Assembly: GCA_965602015.1 (NCBI GenBank)
Contig: OZ271918.1
Coordinates: forward strand, 1,696,001-1,760,000
Source of the DNA: Salinispira sp.
Lineage (GTDB): Bacteria; Spirochaetota; Spirochaetia; DSM-27196; Salinispiraceae
Length of the DNA stretch: 64,000 nucleotides
Reading direction: 5' to 3'
Part shown: in pieces, positions 61,078-64,000 of the stretch
Position numbering within the stretch: position 1 is the stretch's first letter
Layout of the letters: every line of letters begins with the position of its first letter
The notes under the pieces: generated by a model
Databases searched by the model: none
Seen by the model: the letters and a program-made list of their open reading frames with translations, nothing else
What the model was told of the DNA's origin: nothing
Program-made: the position numbers and the translations under genes

Positions 61078-62748
61078 TTATGAATCCGGCTTTTCCCGGC
61101 TGCCGCCGCCGAGAAGCTCCCTGGCGATGGCACGAAGTTCTCCGCGAAGGGCAATTTTTTCAGTTTCGGCCTGTCTATAGCGCCTAAAACTTTCAACGAG
61201 ATCATTTTTCTCGTCGATGAGCCTGGCGGTTTCCCGGCTGTCGGTCTGAGTTCGGATGCGACGGTTGAGACTGTGGATGCGATTGTACACATCTCCGAGG
61301 TTCTGTTTTGCCAGCACATCGTCAAGACGCCGCAGGGCATCATCGATTTCCCCAATCCGATCACGGGTCGCAAGAAGCTCGGGACTGTTCCATTGCTCTG
61401 AACTGAGGGCACCCATGAGCCGCAACTGCAGATCGACGGCTTCCCGGTGAGAATCCGGGAGGCCGGAAGCCATAGTCCCCTCTTGGGAGGAATGCACTGC
61501 TGAACTGGTATTGTGCGATGAGCTCATGAGCTGCCTGGCTTGAGCGAGCAGCTCGTCACTCATGGCGCTCATTCTCAAATCAGGAAGGAGAATTCCGTTT
61601 TTAAATTTTGTGCGCTTTGGGGACGGGTAGCGCACCAGATGAACCTCCGATTTCTTGTCTGCCTCGAGCCCGGAAATAAGCTCGGTGACCGCCTTTTCAT
61701 CCAGTCGGTCGGCTACAATTACCGGCAGCTGGAAGCCCCTGCTTTTTTCATCCTTACTGTACATACGCAGATCCCCGGTAAGAATATTTGCAGTGTAATG
61801 GGGATCACCTGAAAGGGCGGCAAGCCGTCGAAGGAAGGGAGTGATGATCTCCTCCCGTTCACTTAATTGCTTGAGCACCAAAATCTCACCCTCATCGGGA
61901 TGCTCAAACCTGTTAAAAACCGGGGGGGCTTTGCCGCAGGCGGGGCACAGGGGAAGGGTCGGTGAATACTCCTCGAGGCAATAAAAGCAGGGCAGTCCGG
62001 GGTCCGCCTGTACGCTGCTCTCGCGGATGAGCAGATCCAAAACCTCAGCAGCGCTTTGCGGCCGCTTCGCGTATGACCCGAAGAGGGCATTGAGAAGGTC
62101 GAGAAACCAGCGCGGCGCGGGAATTCCCGGTTCGCCGGATATCAGACTCTTCACCACCATGCCGAGAGAGAAAAGATCCGACCTGGGATCGCAGTTATCG
62201 CCGAAGAGCACTTCCGGCGCCAGGTATTCTGCCGCTGAGCTGATCATGGTGGTGGTACTCAAAGCCAATACGTCACGGATACGCCCCCGAGGACCGTCAG
62301 GTATGACCGCTGTGCCATCATCCCGTATAGCTATGGTTGACGGGTTGAGGTCCCGGAACACATAGCCCTGGGTATGAGCATAATCGAGAATTCCCGACAG
62401 CGAACGGGTAAACTCGAGGATTTCCGCAAAACTTTGAAAAGATGCCTCATGTAATCGACGCCATCTTCCGCTTTCAACAATTGCTGCCGGCGGCTGTTGG
62501 CACACCTCCACTACCCTCGGCAGTCCGGGATGAACCATTCGCATATAATCTCGATACTCATAGAGAAAGCTGTTGAGAATTACCGGGTCCTGTTCCAGAT
62601 GCCGGTGGAGAAGATGGATGTGGAAAACCTGTCCTTCCGGACTCTCTGCTTCCACGGTGGTAGTAAGGGAGTCTGAACCCAGTTCGGCTCCCAGTCGGTA
62701 CGTTGCCGCGAAGTCCGGTTTCCCCGATCGCAGATTAGATAAGTCCAC
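61078..62748 (-). CDS. Ser/Thr kinase-like protein, probable pseudokinase, with Zn ribbon and coiled coil
   Basis: FRDLNPS, YLAPE, SDLFSLG; CFYC...CPAC; GTG at 62748 after AGGAGA. Confidence 0.75.
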   Translation of the reverse strand: MDLSNLRSGKPDFAATYRLGAELGSDSLTTTVEAESPEGQVFHIHLLHRHLEQDPVILNSFLYEYRDYMRMVHPGLPRVVEVCQQPPAAIVESGRWRRLHEASFQSFAEILEFTRSLSGILDYAHTQGYVFRDLNPSTIAIRDDGTAVIPDGPRGRIRDVLALSTTTMISSAAEYLAPEVLFGDNCDPRSDLFSLGMVVKSLISGEPGIPAPRWFLDLLNALFGSYAKRPQSAAEVLDLLIRESSVQADPGLPCFYCLEEYSPTLPLCPACGKAPPVFNRFEHPDEGEILVLKQLSEREEIITPFLRRLAALSGDPHYTANILTGDLRMYSKDEKSRGFQLPVIVADRLDEKAVTELISGLEADKKSEVHLVRYPSPKRTKFKNGILLPDLRMSAMSDELLAQARQLMSSSHNTSSAVHSSQEGTMASGLPDSHREAVDLQLRLMGALSSEQWNSPELLATRDRIGEIDDALRRLDDVLAKQNLGDVYNRIHSLNRRIRTQTDSRETARLIDEKNDLVESFRRYRQAETEKIALRGELRAIARELLGGGSREKPDS

Positions 62749-64000
62749 CGATTTTCTCCTTTTTTGGCAAGCCAAGGGCACGGCGGCCCTCGTGCTCTTT
62801 TTCCACATCCGCCTGTCCAAGCCGGTAGCGGTCGATCATTACACTGTATCGCAGCATCCGGTCCAGGTATCGCTGGAAGGTAGTCTCGCTGGCGCCGCGG
62901 ATCTCGGGGCTGACGCCGGACATCAACGACAGCTGCCGGTCGAGTTCCCGGGCTTGGGAAATTAACTCTAAAAAACCGTTGTAGAACTCAACGGCTTTTT
63001 TCTCCTGGCCCGGCATGGCGTCAAGCATAATCAGGGAAAGCGCAATGCGCTGAATTATGGACCGTGCCTGGGGCTGATGGAAATCCGCCGCCATCCGGGC
63101 GAGGGCTTCAGAGCTGATTCGTTGGTTTTTTCCGCCGGCTTTAGCCTCGCCGCGGGAAAAATCAGCCAAAATATAGCTAGGGGCGCCTACCAGCAAAACG
63201 CCGAGGATGGCCGGAATAAAAAACTGGGGGGCATTAAAAATTTGAGACCAAAACCCGCCTGAAAAGCCAAGCCCAACCAGGAGGATCCGGGGGTACAGAG
63301 CGGTGAATTTCTTAAAGATTGCGCGACGAGCGAACCGCTTTTCCTCCCGGTTACTCCGTCGAATCACCCGGCTAAGGATGCCCAGTTCCGAAAGGGAAGC
63401 TCCGAGCTCCCGGGCGTTCTCAGCCTCCAGGCCCTTAAACAGATAAAAAGGCAGGCGGGGAATCTGTTTTTCCAATCGCCGGGCATCGCTTCCAAGCCTC
63501 TTGAGGTAATCTACGAGCCGGTGGCGATGTTCGAGATCAAGCCGGTCACCGGCTTCGCCCGGGCCGACGATGAGGATGTCGGCGGTTCCCGCCGTGGTCT
63601 TTTTTGCTCCTGAATGTGACATCGCCGGGGCAATCCGGGCTTCCAGATAGCCGCAGCGCACGCACAGGGGAAAATCCCGATACATCAATGTACCGCATGA
63701 CGGGCAGTTTTCTGTCTCGGAATGCCCGGGAACCTGAGCCGCCCTGCCTTTTGCAAGCGCGTCGGCAAACTCTGCTGCGGTCTGAAACCGGTCGCCCGGC
63801 AGCTTGGCCATGGCCCGGTCTATCAGGCCCTGCAATTCCCCCGGCAGCCCGGACCGGAAATCTTGTAGTTGCGGTATGGGACTTACCAGATGTTTATGAA
63901 GGGTTTGCTGGGGGCTGCTTGAAAGAAAGGGTAGCCGTCCAGTGAGCATTTGAAAGAGCGAAACACCGAGTGAGTAGATATCCGCCCGGGGATCTGGCAG
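62735..64000 (-). CDS. Ser/Thr protein kinase (5' part outside window) with Zn ribbon and TM segments
   Basis: DPRADIYSLGVSLFQMLTGRLPF, AMAKLPGDRFQ; CPSC...CVRC. Confidence 0.85.
   Translation of the reverse strand: MPDPRADIYSLGVSLFQMLTGRLPFLSSSPQQTLHKHLVSPIPQLQDFRSGLPGELQGLIDRAMAKLPGDRFQTAAEFADALAKGRAAQVPGHSETENCPSCGTLMYRDFPLCVRCGYLEARIAPAMSHSGAKKTTAGTADILIVGPGEAGDRLDLEHRHRLVDYLKRLGSDARRLEKQIPRLPFYLFKGLEAENARELGASLSELGILSRVIRRSNREEKRFARRAIFKKFTALYPRILLVGLGFSGGFWSQIFNAPQFFIPAILGVLLVGAPSYILADFSRGEAKAGGKNQRISSEALARMAADFHQPQARSIIQRIALSLIMLDAMPGQEKKAVEFYNGFLELISQARELDRQLSLMSGVSPEIRGASETTFQRYLDRMLRYSVMIDRYRLGQADVEKEHEGRRALGLPKKEKIGGLI

Overview
The centre of the window (about 18.5-48 kb) is a complete chromosomal-type integron. 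It has an integron integrase (46714-47973, +), a candidate attI/Pc (about 46564-46631) and an array of 19 AT-rich cassettes on the - strand, separated by 18 recognisable attC sites; the last cassette keeps only its R'' box. Cargo comprises six toxin-antitoxin modules, a Dcm/PLD-nuclease/Vsr restriction-modification cassette, GNAT, NUDIX, HD, methyltransferase, CPBP, SH3 and lipoprotein genes, and three ORF-less cassettes. Most notable observations: (i) two IS1182-family copies sit at the identical nucleotide of two different attC core sites and leave the attC GTT intact; (ii) in all 19 cassettes the two ends are complementary beyond the canonical 7-bp R box, as 9 bp + an invariant bulged T + 1-5 bp, with cassette-specific covariation; (iii) ORF-less cassettes, one in first position and duplicated, another with a 155-bp attC containing a promoter-like motif. 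The left part (1-18 kb) has ordinary genes heavily invaded by IS256, IS5, IS3, IS110 and a three-gene Mu-like element. The right part (48-64 kb) is GC-richer backbone: MCP, an RND permease fused to a TolC-like domain through an internal signal-peptide-like segment, adaptor, cold-shock protein, MFS, HD-GYP protein and a kinase/pseudokinase pair. The host is possibly a spirochaete (weak inference from lipoprotein and SH3 gene types). All calls are from reading by eye; no database searches were run.
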